A stretch of DNA of 60,264 nucleotides, the filler included. It is 3 parts of 3 records of this genome, joined end to end, with 100 filler letters (N's around TTAATTAATTAA, not from the genome) between each part and the next. Parts side by side here need not be neighbours in the genome. Positions count along the whole stretch, not along the records: positions 1 to 21,051 come from DRR723986_11247; 2 more parts are not named here. One strand, written 5' to 3'. Both the position numbers and the translations under genes were made by a program. The notes beneath the pieces were generated by a model. That model had not been told where the DNA came from and did no database searches. It was given only the letters and a program-made list of their open reading frames with translations. Positions 8,900 to 19,765 of the stretch are shown here, piece after piece. Position 1 is the first letter of the stretch. Every line of letters starts with the position of its first letter.

Positions 8900-11458
8900 A
8901 TGCGTGGATTAAAAAAATGGATGCTTGCCACATTGATGGTAGGTGTCTTGGTTATGGGCGATTTGCACGCCGCAGGCTCGAAAAGCCACATCGAAGCCTC
9001 AATGACTGAATTTATCGGTGTGCCGCATTCCTCGTCTCTTGCATCTGCAGGCGAAAGTGTAGCCATGAGCGTTGACCCGCAAACAGCACAAGGCATTTTC
9101 CGCCGTGCGGCTACTCTCACTCTTACTGACTTTCCGCTGATCGACGGTGAAACTGTAGACCTGGACCTGGAACGCCAGCGTCCAGTAGTTGATCAAACTA
9201 CCAGAATTCACTCCGGCGATCGCGTTTTTGATATCCCTGAAGTACTGACATTTTATGGCACCGTAGCCGGTGACTACAACTCACGTGTAGTTCTGAACTA
9301 CGCCGAAGGTGTTTTGATCGGAAGTGTCGAACTGTCATCCGGTGAGAAGTATTCACTCTCCCCGGCACTGGGACAAACAAAACGCGCAAACCGTGACCAC
9401 GTAATGCAGTTATCCAATGGTGACGACTACGATCGCCATTTTGCATGTGGACAGGAAGGACTGCCCGCACCAGCTGATGAACATGAGCACAATCACACCG
9501 ATCATGATCATGCACATCCTGGCAAAGGCTCTCAAGATAAAGTCTTATATGATGACCTGCTTGAAGTTGATCTGGCAGTTGAAACAGACTCCTATCTCTA
9601 TGATGCACTAAATGCAGCCGGAGAGAAAGAGGAGTTTATCATCAACTACACCATTTCGCTCGTAGCGATGATCAGCGCGATCTTCCAGGAAAATATCAAT
9701 GTCACCTTTGTACTGAGTGACATCAATGTCTTCACAAACTCAGCTGACGGCAACCCCGATCCATACACAGCTGCGCGTGGCCAGCTGGGTGGAATTCTGG
9801 CTCAATTCTCACAGACCTGGGCCACCGGCAAACAGAGCGTACGTCGTGACATCGCACACATTATGTCGGCATATCCGGCAGGTGGCGGCGTTGTTGGTGT
9901 CGCTTACACTGGCGGTAATTCCTACCCCGGGACACTGTGCCGTAAAAATCCATTTACGGGTTATGGCGCCTCCGGTATTCGCTTCAATGCGCGTACGGCA
10001 ACTCTGGACTACACGGGCGACGTTGCTGTAATGGCACACGAACTCGGTCACAACTTTGGTGCGCCACATACGCACAATTGTTTCTGGCGTGCGCGCCTGG
10101 AAGGCGCCGTCATTGACACTTGTGTCAATGAAGCCAGCCAGAGTGCCTCCGATGGTTGCATCTCAGGTCCCGTGCAGCGTGCTGCCGGTACGATCATGAG
10201 CTACTGCCACAACGTCAACAGCACACGCACAGTCTCGATGGTTTTTCATCCGTTGATGCGCGATCAAATGCGTGCTAATGCAGAGCGTGCCAGCAATTGT
10301 GTTGATGTTGCATCTTCACCAGTCATTTATGTTACACGCCCATATGCAAATGAGCAGTACACCGCCGGGCAGACGGTTGACATTCGCTGGACTTCCGAGC
10401 GCGTAAATTCGGTCGTGATTTCATATTCAACCGATGGCGGTGAGAAATTCGACGAAATTGCAACAGTTGATGCTAACGACAGAACTTATGAGTGGAGCAC
10501 TCCATTTACAGATACGGAAAACGCAATTGTGCGCATTGCCGATGTGCGCAATCAAAATCTCTTTGGCGAGTCATACGCCAGCTTTACAATCGAGTCACCT
10601 TCCCTGACGGTACAAACTCCTAATGGTGGCGATGAGATTGCCGGTGGATCAGAGACAAATATCCTGTGGCAGGGGCTGCTCGTAGACCGCGTTAATATCG
10701 ACTTTTCGCCTGACAACGGTGACTCCTGGGAGCCAGTCGCAACTGACGTATCGGGAAGCACCTACGAATGGGATGTCCCATCCATCCAAACTGAAAGTGG
10801 CTTGATTCGCATTACAGATGCCTCCAATCCGGAGTTGTTCGACGTAAGCGACGCAGTCTTCTCAATCGGTTTGCCTGAGTTGACAATTCTCTCACCAAAC
10901 GGCGGTGAAATCTGGCCGATTGGTGGCGAGCGCATGATCACCTGGGAATCCCAATATGTACGTCGTGCACGTATCGAATACACCATTAACGATGGTGAAA
11001 ACTGGAGCGTAGTAAGTCCCTTTGTTACCGCTTCCGATGGTGAGTACTCTTGGAATATTCCATCTAACGCAGACCTGGAAAGCAGTCAGGTTCGCGTTCG
11101 CATCCGCGACCTTGGTTCGGACGACGTCACCGGTGTCAGTGCCGGCGTGTTTACGCTCTCAATCGCAGCTTCCGTGAAGTCAGAAGCTGAGCTTGGCTTC
11201 TCCGCCTCGGTACAACCGAACCCGGCAGTAGATCAGGCACAGTTGATAGTTCGCTCCCAGCGTACAGTCGGCGAATTTGCCGCACGTGTTGTTGATGTTC
11301 TCGGCAATACCGTGCTTGAGCTGCAATCACTGCCAATGCTTCCAGCAGGCGAAACACGCATTGAGATTGATGGAGCCACGCTGGCGCCAGGTGCTTACTT
11401 TATCCTCTTGCAAAGTGAGCGCGGCTACATGCAGCAGCCGTTTAACATCGTACGTTAA
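8900..11458 (+). CDS. Secreted M12/reprolysin-like zinc metalloprotease with Ig-like repeats and T9SS C-terminal domain
   Basis: HELGHNFGAPH zinc motif, Met-turn TIMSY, three SPNGGE-type Ig-like repeats, QPNPA...PGAYFI CTD; start moved from 8465 to ATG 8900 (GGAG RBS, signal peptide). Confidence 0.9.
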   Translation: MRGLKKWMLATLMVGVLVMGDLHAAGSKSHIEASMTEFIGVPHSSSLASAGESVAMSVDPQTAQGIFRRAATLTLTDFPLIDGETVDLDLERQRPVVDQTTRIHSGDRVFDIPEVLTFYGTVAGDYNSRVVLNYAEGVLIGSVELSSGEKYSLSPALGQTKRANRDHVMQLSNGDDYDRHFACGQEGLPAPADEHEHNHTDHDHAHPGKGSQDKVLYDDLLEVDLAVETDSYLYDALNAAGEKEEFIINYTISLVAMISAIFQENINVTFVLSDINVFTNSADGNPDPYTAARGQLGGILAQFSQTWATGKQSVRRDIAHIMSAYPAGGGVVGVAYTGGNSYPGTLCRKNPFTGYGASGIRFNARTATLDYTGDVAVMAHELGHNFGAPHTHNCFWRARLEGAVIDTCVNEASQSASDGCISGPVQRAAGTIMSYCHNVNSTRTVSMVFHPLMRDQMRANAERASNCVDVASSPVIYVTRPYANEQYTAGQTVDIRWTSERVNSVVISYSTDGGEKFDEIATVDANDRTYEWSTPFTDTENAIVRIADVRNQNLFGESYASFTIESPSLTVQTPNGGDEIAGGSETNILWQGLLVDRVNIDFSPDNGDSWEPVATDVSGSTYEWDVPSIQTESGLIRITDASNPELFDVSDAVFSIGLPELTILSPNGGEIWPIGGERMITWESQYVRRARIEYTINDGENWSVVSPFVTASDGEYSWNIPSNADLESSQVRVRIRDLGSDDVTGVSAGVFTLSIAASVKSEAELGFSASVQPNPAVDQAQLIVRSQRTVGEFAARVVDVLGNTVLELQSLPMLPAGETRIEIDGATLAPGAYFILLQSERGYMQQPFNIVR

Positions 11459-11503
11459 GCTTGTTAGCTTAAAGGATCGAATCCTTTATCAACGCCGTAA
11501 AAC

Positions 11504-11539
11504 AAAAAAGGCGACTCCAATTCGGAGTCGCCTTTTTTT
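11504..11539. terminator. Bidirectional intrinsic terminator
   Basis: AAAAAAGGCGACTCC-AATTC-GGAGTCGCCTTTTTTT between convergent genes. Confidence 0.9.
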
Positions 11540-11546
11540 ATTTCTT

Positions 11547-12203
11547 CTAGCGCCAACTGCGATAATTCCAGTATTCATCGCCGGTTTCGGGGGGCTCTTC
11601 CTCCGTTTCCCAATCGTACTTGGCCGGTGGATCAATTTTGCGGAACATCCATCCACAAACTGCTCCGGTAATCGCTCCTAATAAGTGTGACTCCCAGGAG
11701 ATTCCCTCCTCACCGGGAAAGACTCCAAACACAAAGCTGCCATACCAGAAGGTGGCAATTAGTGCCAGAGCGATCGACTTCACGTCACGCCGAAATATTC
11801 CACTAAAAAATACAAAACTGACCAGGCCATATGCGACGCCGCTTGCACCAATGTGAAATGACTCGCGCGCAAAGAGCCAGACTCCCAGGCCACTCATAAT
11901 CCAGACGATCGTGAAGACGCGCATCGCAACCCGCCGGTAGGAGAGCATAATCATCGAACCCAGGATAAATAACGGCCCCGAATTGCTGAAGAGGTGCGCT
12001 AAATCTCCATGTACCAGGGGCGCAGTTAATATCCCCGTCAGCGTTGATGACTCACGCGGATAAATTCCAAAGCTACCGGGGCGAATGTCAAGCATCCAGA
12101 TCACCCCGTGAATTATCCAGAGCACGGCAATGAAGCCAACCGGAAGCGCGATGCTCTGCTTAATGCGCGCGCCCAGGCTCTGTTCTATACTTTTATCACT
12201 CAT
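11547..12203 (-). CDS. Rhomboid family intramembrane serine protease
   Basis: HGDLAHLFSN, HIGASG (catalytic Ser), SWESHLLG (catalytic His); likely start at MSDKS (12203). Confidence 0.93.
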   Translation of the reverse strand: MSDKSIEQSLGARIKQSIALPVGFIAVLWIIHGVIWMLDIRPGSFGIYPRESSTLTGILTAPLVHGDLAHLFSNSGPLFILGSMIMLSYRRVAMRVFTIVWIMSGLGVWLFARESFHIGASGVAYGLVSFVFFSGIFRRDVKSIALALIATFWYGSFVFGVFPGEEGISWESHLLGAITGAVCGWMFRKIDPPAKYDWETEEEPPETGDEYWNYRSWR

Positions 12204-12506
12204 ATTTCTATTTCCAGATTTGGTCCCAATTATTGGCCTGACGGCACACTCCAAAGATGTTGCTGCCGTCCACCATTCCGACAATGCAACGTGCGAAGAC
12301 GCGGCGGGTTGCACAAAGCAAACATTTAGCGGATTTACATTGTCAACACGCACATGCCCATCCCGCCATTTAATGTAGCATGTAACGCAGATTAATGCGC
12401 TGTGTTTTGAGTCTACTCCTTGCCTACCGTGTCATTGGGACACACAGATAGGTCGGGTGAAACTGCTTTTAGAAAAAACCTAATGCTGTTCCGGAGGATA
12501 ATTTAC

Positions 12507-13031
12507 ATGAAATACTCAATGTTGGTTTTGCTGGCAGTTGCACTTTTGAGCATCGGGTGTGATGACGAGGAGACGACTCCTCAAGTTGAAGAAGGCTGGG
12601 AAGTCGGTAATCGAGCTTTGGATTTTGAATTGGAGCAGCCGGATGGCTCAATGGCATCCCTCAGTGACTACCGTGGAAAAACCGTCCTCATTAAGTTTTG
12701 GGCTCTTGACTGCGCTAAATGTATCAATGAAATGCCGGACTTGGAAATATTGTGGAATGACTACCGTGACCGCGATTTTGTAGTGATAGGACTTAATGAT
12801 GATATAGACCCTGAACTTTGGCGTCTTTTCGTTGGTGAAACTGGTACGAGTGGTTTTGCACGCGACTGGGTGCAGATGCACGACACTCACTTGCCGCCGA
12901 ACATTTTCAACCGTTATCGCGTCAATTCAACACCGACCCTGCTGCTGTTAGACGAAAATGGCATTATTCTGGAGCGTGGCTTAACGATAGGTGAAGCCCG
13001 CACCAAAGTTGAAGAACAATTGGGAATATAA
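12507..13031 (+). CDS. TlpA/ResA-like thiol-disulfide oxidoreductase lipoprotein
   Basis: FWALDCAKC CxxC motif, SLSDYRGKTVLI, TPTLLLLD; lipobox LSIGC; GGAGG RBS before ATG 12507. Confidence 0.88.
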   Translation: MKYSMLVLLAVALLSIGCDDEETTPQVEEGWEVGNRALDFELEQPDGSMASLSDYRGKTVLIKFWALDCAKCINEMPDLEILWNDYRDRDFVVIGLNDDIDPELWRLFVGETGTSGFARDWVQMHDTHLPPNIFNRYRVNSTPTLLLLDENGIILERGLTIGEARTKVEEQLGI

Positions 13032-13136
13032 GCCCCAAAAAATTGCTTGTGGGTTCGCGCAAGCGGATCGGCATTCAAACCCAGGCATACCACCGCCACA
13101 GTCTCTGATCACACAAGCAAATGAATATAGCCTGGT

Positions 13137-13171
13137 AAGCCGCGAGAGCTAAACTTCTCGCGGCTTTTTTT
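13137..13171 (+). terminator. Intrinsic terminator
   Basis: AAGCCGCGAGA/TCTCGCGGCTT stem followed by a T-run. Confidence 0.8.
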
Positions 13172-13443
13172 GTGTCTACGTTTTTTATGTACGATTTAAC
13201 ATCAAACGATTGCTGAACATTGGCTCAAAAAAATAAATCGGTAAAAACGACGAGATGGAATTGCGAAGCCCGTGTCTTCTTATTGGGTGGCGTACAGGAA
13301 ACCTTGGGCAGATAGTTGGCAGGTGAAAGCTTGTTGGTTATCTGCCCAATTTATTTTAAAACACCTAGACTTTCAGCGCAGAATCTACAGCCCTCAAGTG
13401 GTGTTTGTTGAACCCAGAGTCTCGCGGTCACAAGAATTCAAGC

Positions 13444-14163
13444 CTAGACAGCCAACATCAATCGAATCAATTCAGCCCAACGCGGTGATGTCAGCACCTT
13501 ATAGCCCAGCACAGCGCCGAAGCCAATCATCGTCACTCCGGCAAACTGGTGAATCCGATCGATAAACTTCTGGGACATACGTGCGCGATAGTGCATGATC
13601 AGCCGAATGAAGACGTAAATCCAGCAGAAGGTGCCAAAACCAAACCCCACTGCAAACGCCAGGCCGGAACCCAAAGTCGCCGCAAGCAGATTTTCCGTGA
13701 TAAGCCCGGTAATCAAGGCAATTATGGATGGGATAAAAGTCGGGTTGGCCAGATTGGCCATAGAAATGCCGGCTCCAATAAAAAATGGACCGTGGCTCTT
13801 GACGCGCTCTATCCAACTGGAAGTATCACGTGCCTCTACCGGCGCACGATTCTCCGACTGGCCTTTGCGCCGCAAACTGAATACACCGTACGCAACCAGG
13901 GCTACAACGCAGATTGCCTGCAGCGTAATCATCGATGCCGGGTTGCCATGGCGAACCTCAAGCAACCAGTCGCTAATAAAATTAAGAGTGAAGACTATCA
14001 CGCCGACGTAGATGATGTCCATCACTACGGCGCCCAAACCTATCTTAAAACCACGTGTTTTTTCGTTGTCCAGCGCAGCCTTTAGAATTGTTACGGCAAC
14101 TGGCCCGGGCGGAATCGCCAGGACAAAACCGATGCCAATTCCAAGTAAAAGTGCTAGCAGCAT
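13444..14163 (-). CDS. LysE family translocator
   Basis: GFVLAIPPGPV N-terminal motif, NLANP motif, about six hydrophobic segments. Confidence 0.85.
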   Translation of the reverse strand: MLLALLLGIGIGFVLAIPPGPVAVTILKAALDNEKTRGFKIGLGAVVMDIIYVGVIVFTLNFISDWLLEVRHGNPASMITLQAICVVALVAYGVFSLRRKGQSENRAPVEARDTSSWIERVKSHGPFFIGAGISMANLANPTFIPSIIALITGLITENLLAATLGSGLAFAVGFGFGTFCWIYVFIRLIMHYRARMSQKFIDRIHQFAGVTMIGFGAVLGYKVLTSPRWAELIRLMLAV

Positions 14164-14661
14164 ACAATGTTCGCGCTTGTTAACAAGAATCGAGTTGTTG
14201 AGCAATCAGCGGGGGTTGCTGAAAATTAGGAGGGGGGAGTGCGGGCCTGAGGCAACGACTAACTGGGGAAACAGATAGCCGAATTCTGACCGATGCGGAA
14301 CGCTCGCCCTTCCAAACAGTGCACCAAACCACTGCCACAACGGCCATGTATTCCAGGGCCGCCGCAGGATTGCTCGAATATCAACATTGCGGCCTCACAG
14401 CCGTTCTGTTGATTCAATTGTCGGAGCGCAGGCATTCACCGTTTGGGAGTTCGCCAATAAATCGACGAAGGGGGCCGATGCGTACCACAAGTGGTTACAT
14501 CGTGGGAATTGGTGTGCAGTGAACGAGCGCTAATTCCGCCAAAAAGCAAATTACGCAGTTCGCCGCAAACATCCAATACCCGCTAATTTCGTAAATTCCC
14601 AGGTCCATTTCTGCCGGATGCAGCACTCAGCTGACATATCCGGCCCACCTTCGGAGCCAAT

Positions 14662-15636
14662 GTGGCACAGAGACCCCAAAAATTTTCGGTTCTTGCACTC
14701 AGCGTCTCAATTCTGCTGGCTCTGGGCATTTGGATGAATGCCACCATGCAGGATGATGACTACTCGATTATGGTCGATGTGCCCCTGGCCGTTAACCTGC
14801 CAGATAATCGTGCGATTGAGTCCGACCTCCCGAGCACAATCCAGGTGCGCTTCCAGGGAGAAGGCTGGCAACTGTTCAAAATGCGCCTGACAATCTTTGA
14901 CTGGCAAATCGCACAGCTGCCCGAATGTGAAGTCGCTATCTCCGATAAAGTCATTGATGACGGGCAGGACTCAATTTTTATCAGTCGCTCAATGCTGAGC
15001 CAGAGTATGCGAATTCCCGTTCCTATCAAGCAGTTTGATGTGCTCAACGACTCGATTGTTGTTGGAATCGGGACAATCGTCAGCAAAGCCGTTCCTGTGC
15101 GCCTGCGCCAGTCCATCGAAATGCGCCAGGGATACAGAATTGTCGGACGTCCGCAGGTTTTACCCGACTCCGTTACGATTGAGGGCAATCAACGTTTACT
15201 GCGTACAATTGACACCTGGCAGACGCAGAACCTGCAGGCGCTGGATGTGCATCGTGACCTGTCCGGCTCAATTGTCCTGGATGACACGCTTGACAACATC
15301 ATCCGCCGCTCCATTGACGAAGTCTCATACGGCATAGAAGTTCAGCAGGAAGCCGAGTTTCAAGTCGAACAGGCACGCGTGGAAATCGTCGATGCCCCCG
15401 AAGACCATGCCTTCATCCTGCGGCCGGCCTACGTTCGCGTAACCGTCCGCGGCGGAATCGACGATATCGTCAAACTAAAAGCCAACGAAATTCGCGTCCA
15501 GGTTCAGTATCGCGACCTCGTCGAAAATTCCACCGGCCTGCTTGTGCCGGAAGTGGTTGGGCCCAACAATGATCGCCTGGAGATTTTGCGGCCGCAACCG
15601 CACCTCGTCCGTTTTGTGCAGCAAATTGAAGGCTGA
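14662..15636 (+). CDS. YbbR/CdaR-like domain protein
   Basis: N-terminal TM anchor (LLALGIW), PSTIQVRFQG, PDSVTIEG and PAYVRVTVRG repeats. Confidence 0.75.
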   Translation: MAQRPQKFSVLALSVSILLALGIWMNATMQDDDYSIMVDVPLAVNLPDNRAIESDLPSTIQVRFQGEGWQLFKMRLTIFDWQIAQLPECEVAISDKVIDDGQDSIFISRSMLSQSMRIPVPIKQFDVLNDSIVVGIGTIVSKAVPVRLRQSIEMRQGYRIVGRPQVLPDSVTIEGNQRLLRTIDTWQTQNLQALDVHRDLSGSIVLDDTLDNIIRRSIDEVSYGIEVQQEAEFQVEQARVEIVDAPEDHAFILRPAYVRVTVRGGIDDIVKLKANEIRVQVQYRDLVENSTGLLVPEVVGPNNDRLEILRPQPHLVRFVQQIEG

Positions 15637-15907
15637 ACCCTACAGCCGAATGCAGACACGTGTTGTAACGCGATGCAATTCACGTGTTTTTTTATCGCGC
15701 AGGCTGCACGCAGAGCAACTCCCCCCAATCAATTGCTCGCAGTGCCTGGCTTAGGGCAGTGCCTTCTAACCGTGGTTTATGTCGCTGATCCGAACAACAA
15801 GCCCCGACTGCAGGCCATCCTTGTAGCCCAGGGAAATAGTCTGGCGGATTAGACCGGGGAACTGGTCGCCCAAACTTTTGATCACAACGCTCACAAGAGT
15901 ACTATCT

Positions 15908-18562
15908 ATGCAAATGCTAAAGCTCCTTTCTCTCTGTCTGGTCTGTACAATTGTACTGGCCGCCTGCGGTGAATCCGCGCATCAGGACGAGCACCAGAAC
16001 CAGGACAAAAACGCCGATTCCGGGGCTGTCAAACCCGCAGCCAAAGTATCAGGAGCCATGTCATCACTGCATTATTTACATGCTGCGCGTTCGTTTCCTG
16101 AGGCCGAACTGCCGCAGGGCGCGTGGTATAGCGCCTGGCAGGAAGTCCAGCAGGCGCGCCGCCAAAAATCTTCTGACCAGATTTTATTCGACGGCAAAAA
16201 CTGGGAAGCGCTCGGTCCCCAAAATTTGGGTGGTCGCACGCTGGCGCTTTGCATCAACCCGCTCAACACAAATACTATCTATGCCGGCTCTGCCAGCGGC
16301 GGACTCTGGCGTACATACAACGGCGGCGAAGGTGCCACAGCCTGGCAGCGCGTCGCAACCAAGTTTCCCGTCCTTGCAGTTGGTGCCATTGCGATTAACC
16401 CGCTGGACACAAATACGATCTACATCGGTACCGGCGAAGTCTATAATCCGGAAACCATCAGCGGTGGATTGGTCAACCGCATAACGCGTGGATCGTATGG
16501 GATCGGCATCCTCAAGTCAAATGACGCCGGGCAAAGCTGGAAACCAGTCCTCGACTGGACACGCGAATCCGAGCGTGGCGTGCAGGTAGTGCGCCTCAAC
16601 CCCAAAAATCCGCAGGTCGTTCTGGCCGGCACAACAATAGGTCTGCTGCGCAGTACAAATAGCGGTGACAACTGGTTCACGGTCCTCAACGTGCCCATGA
16701 TCACCGATGTCGTAATTGATCCGGATGATCCAGATATCCAGTTCGCCGCTGCAGGGAATTTTGGAAGTGCGGGCCACGGTATCTACCGCAGCCTGGATGG
16801 CGGTGAATCCTGGGAAAGATTAACAAACGGCTTGCCGTCCAGCTACAACGGCAAAACCCATCTGGCTTATCGCCCCGGTTCGCAGACGGAATCGTCAGTA
16901 ATCTATGCGTCGATTGGTGATGGAGCTAACAACGGATCTGCCTCATGGGTGGCACGCAGCCGCGATATTGGCGACTCCTGGGATATTATTGACAACAACG
17001 TCACAAACCACGCTGCCTGGCAGGGCTGGTATTCACATGACATCAGTCCGCATCCTACGCGTGATGATGAATATGTTGTTGCCGGAGTGCTACCCTTTCG
17101 CAGTGTCAATGGCGCTGTCAGGCAAGTCGGTAACTGGCGGCGCGCCTACCTGAATACCGCAACGGCACCGGGAGAACCTTTGGGACCACCGGAGTATTGC
17201 CATGCCGACTGCCATGACATCGTGCGTGATCCGAATAATCCTGAAAAAGTTTATCTGGCTACCGACGGTGGGATTTTTGTATCTGAAACCGGTGGAACAG
17301 CTAACAGCTTCCGCAATCTGAACGGCGGATATCAGGTGGCGCAGTTTTACAATGGATTTGCCAGTTCGCCGCAGGACCCCGACTTCGCCATGGGCGGTTT
17401 GCAGGATAACTTTGTGGTTGCGTATGCCGGCTCACTCGGCTGGAAACGCATGATCCCGGGCGATGGTACGTGGACGGCGATTCATCCGCAAAGCGACGAT
17501 ATCATTTTTGGATCAACACAATTTCTGAACGTGCAATTTTCCAGAAATGGGGGCGAAACCTGGTTTAGTGTTAATGCGCCACAATTTGGACCGCGCGCTT
17601 TTGTAGCGCCATTTGTGCAAAAGCCGAGTGCTCCCGGTGAAATTTACGGCGGCTCAAACCCACTCTACTCATACAGCATTCAGAGTGAAAGCGCACAATT
17701 TGCGAATCCCTTTGACGACGATCAGGATATCCCGCTGGCGATAGACGTCTCCCACCAGGATCCAGATGTTCTCTACGTGACAACCATGCAGGAGTCAGGC
17801 ACAAGCTCAAGGGCAAAAGTTTACAGCAGCAGTAATGCCGGATCCAGATGGCAAGATGTGAGTGCCACATTGCCCAACCGTTTTCCGCTCGATATCAAAG
17901 TAGATCCACTCAATGATCAGATCGTCTACGTCGTGTTTGGCGGTTATGGTGAAGGGCAGTTCTTCCGTTCCGCTGACGGCGGCGCCAGCTGGGAGGACCG
18001 CTCCAGTGGCCTGCCCGCAATTCCTACGCATGCCGTTGCCGTTGACCCATTTAACCCCGAGCACATCTATGTTGGCAATGAGTTTGGCGTCTGGTTCAGC
18101 CGTGACTCAGGCAAGCAATGGACTGAACTCTTCAGCAACGCGCCCGAAGTAATGCACGTCATGGATCTGAGTGTGTCACTTGCTGACCTCAAAATTCGCG
18201 CCGTCACACATGGCAACGGCGTCTATGAACGCGATCTGGTCGAAAAAATTCCAGTCTCGGTGGCAAACACAAAAACTCAGGTGGAAATGGCCAGTGTTGC
18301 GATCGCGCCGAACCCCGTGCAGAACGAAGCCCAGATTACGCTCAGTTTAGAGGCACCCGCCAGGATTAGTATCCAGGTCTATACAATTGCCGGCCGGCCG
18401 GTGCTCAAAATTCCAGGTGCCAACTCCCTGCCCGCCGGTGAGCATACAATTCCCCTGCAGATGCGTATGGCGAACGGTTCAACACCTGCTGCCGGAATGC
18501 ACATTTTACATATCATGATTGATGACCAGCGCCTTACAAAGGCCTTTTTGTTTGTCCCTTAG
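15908..18562 (+). CDS. BNR/Asp-box (VPS10-like) beta-propeller protein with T9SS C-terminal domain
   Basis: WEALGPQNLGGR, many SxDxGxxW Asp-boxes, HADCH, GGLQDN, IAPNP CTD; lipobox-like VLAAC. Confidence 0.85.
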   Translation: MQMLKLLSLCLVCTIVLAACGESAHQDEHQNQDKNADSGAVKPAAKVSGAMSSLHYLHAARSFPEAELPQGAWYSAWQEVQQARRQKSSDQILFDGKNWEALGPQNLGGRTLALCINPLNTNTIYAGSASGGLWRTYNGGEGATAWQRVATKFPVLAVGAIAINPLDTNTIYIGTGEVYNPETISGGLVNRITRGSYGIGILKSNDAGQSWKPVLDWTRESERGVQVVRLNPKNPQVVLAGTTIGLLRSTNSGDNWFTVLNVPMITDVVIDPDDPDIQFAAAGNFGSAGHGIYRSLDGGESWERLTNGLPSSYNGKTHLAYRPGSQTESSVIYASIGDGANNGSASWVARSRDIGDSWDIIDNNVTNHAAWQGWYSHDISPHPTRDDEYVVAGVLPFRSVNGAVRQVGNWRRAYLNTATAPGEPLGPPEYCHADCHDIVRDPNNPEKVYLATDGGIFVSETGGTANSFRNLNGGYQVAQFYNGFASSPQDPDFAMGGLQDNFVVAYAGSLGWKRMIPGDGTWTAIHPQSDDIIFGSTQFLNVQFSRNGGETWFSVNAPQFGPRAFVAPFVQKPSAPGEIYGGSNPLYSYSIQSESAQFANPFDDDQDIPLAIDVSHQDPDVLYVTTMQESGTSSRAKVYSSSNAGSRWQDVSATLPNRFPLDIKVDPLNDQIVYVVFGGYGEGQFFRSADGGASWEDRSSGLPAIPTHAVAVDPFNPEHIYVGNEFGVWFSRDSGKQWTELFSNAPEVMHVMDLSVSLADLKIRAVTHGNGVYERDLVEKIPVSVANTKTQVEMASVAIAPNPVQNEAQITLSLEAPARISIQVYTIAGRPVLKIPGANSLPAGEHTIPLQMRMANGSTPAAGMHILHIMIDDQRLTKAFLFVP

Positions 18563-18648
18563 TCCTCAACCGCAAGTCCCTCAGCAAAATAGCTGAGCCC
18601 TTCATTCGTGGAGCGGTGCATTATTCACGGGAACAAACGGCCGCCCAG

Positions 18649-19650
18649 ATGATAGTGGTTGACAACCGCGGATCAACAGATCCGCGCACCAACTTAGCCT
18701 TGGAAGAATATGTGTTCCGCACGCGCAATGTGGCACAAAGCAGTTACGTGCTCCTGTACGTCAACGCGCCATCCGTTGTGATCGGGCGCCATCAAAACGT
18801 TCTGGAAGAAATTGATCCGCAATTCATGGATCAGTCCGGCATCCGCCTCATCCGACGAATCTCCGGCGGCGGAGCCGTTTTCCACGACGGCGGCAACCTC
18901 AACTTCAGCTTCATAACCGGTTATGCGCCCGACCGCTTTAACAATTACCGCGAATTTACCCGGCCAATTGTTGAGGCTTTACATGCGCTCGGCGTGCCCG
19001 CAGCACTTAACGACCGCAATGACATCGTCGCCGCCGGCGGCAAAATTTCAGGCAATGCGCAGTTCACTAGCCGTGAACGCATGCTCAGCCACGGGACCCT
19101 GCTCTACGATAGCAATCTGGACGGCCTGCAGCGTTCGCTGGCGCCGCGCCGCGCTGACCTCGAATCCAAAAGTACCAAGTCCGTGCGCAGCCGCGTCGTC
19201 AACATCAGTCAGCTAATCTCCAATCCGCCCAGCTTTGCAGAATTTCAGGCGCATGTGCGCGCCGCCGTCGTCGGCCCCAAGCCCGAAGTCTGGCAACCCT
19301 CAGACGCAGACTGGCAGGCAGTCACAGAGCTGGCCGAAGGCAAATACTCGTCCTGGGAATGGAACTACGGCCGCTCACCGCGCTTCAAAGTTGAACGCTC
19401 AATGCCATTTGACGGCGGCAAAATTGCAGTCGGAATCGAAGTGCGCCAGGGCCTGATCAACACTGCCCAGTTCTCCGGTGGTACGGCCGCCGAAATCCTG
19501 CAGGCAAACGCGCAGATTTTAATCGGTGTGCGCTACTGGCGCAGCGACGTGCAAACGGCCCTGCAAACACTGCTGAACTCCCAATCTCCTGCCGCTCAGT
19601 CGGCAGCCGCCCTGCCGGGCCAGTCGCAACTCCTCGAACTAATAATGTAA
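18649..19650 (+). CDS. lplA: Lipoate-protein ligase A
   Basis: NLALEE, VIGRHQN, RRISGGGAVFHDGGNLNFS, KISGNAQ, HGTLL, SWEWNYG; alternative GTG start at 18616. Confidence 0.93.
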   Translation: MIVVDNRGSTDPRTNLALEEYVFRTRNVAQSSYVLLYVNAPSVVIGRHQNVLEEIDPQFMDQSGIRLIRRISGGGAVFHDGGNLNFSFITGYAPDRFNNYREFTRPIVEALHALGVPAALNDRNDIVAAGGKISGNAQFTSRERMLSHGTLLYDSNLDGLQRSLAPRRADLESKSTKSVRSRVVNISQLISNPPSFAEFQAHVRAAVVGPKPEVWQPSDADWQAVTELAEGKYSSWEWNYGRSPRFKVERSMPFDGGKIAVGIEVRQGLINTAQFSGGTAAEILQANAQILIGVRYWRSDVQTALQTLLNSQSPAAQSAAALPGQSQLLELIM

Positions 19651-19765
19651 ATTGTTTGCACGTGCGCGGCATGCGGCCGCCGCAAATTGCTCTGTCGGGA
19701 CTCTCCGGTCAGCAAAACATTCAGCAGACTTCTCCAGTTGACTCAACCATTCGCCCGGGATTCAG

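Noticed and set aside
7979-8900. Intact IS630 element
   Set aside because: No catalytic DDE ORF or terminal inverted repeats seen.
14206-14661. ncRNA or riboswitch in the LysE-YbbR intergenic region
   Set aside because: No recognisable conserved motif or convincing extended structure found by eye.
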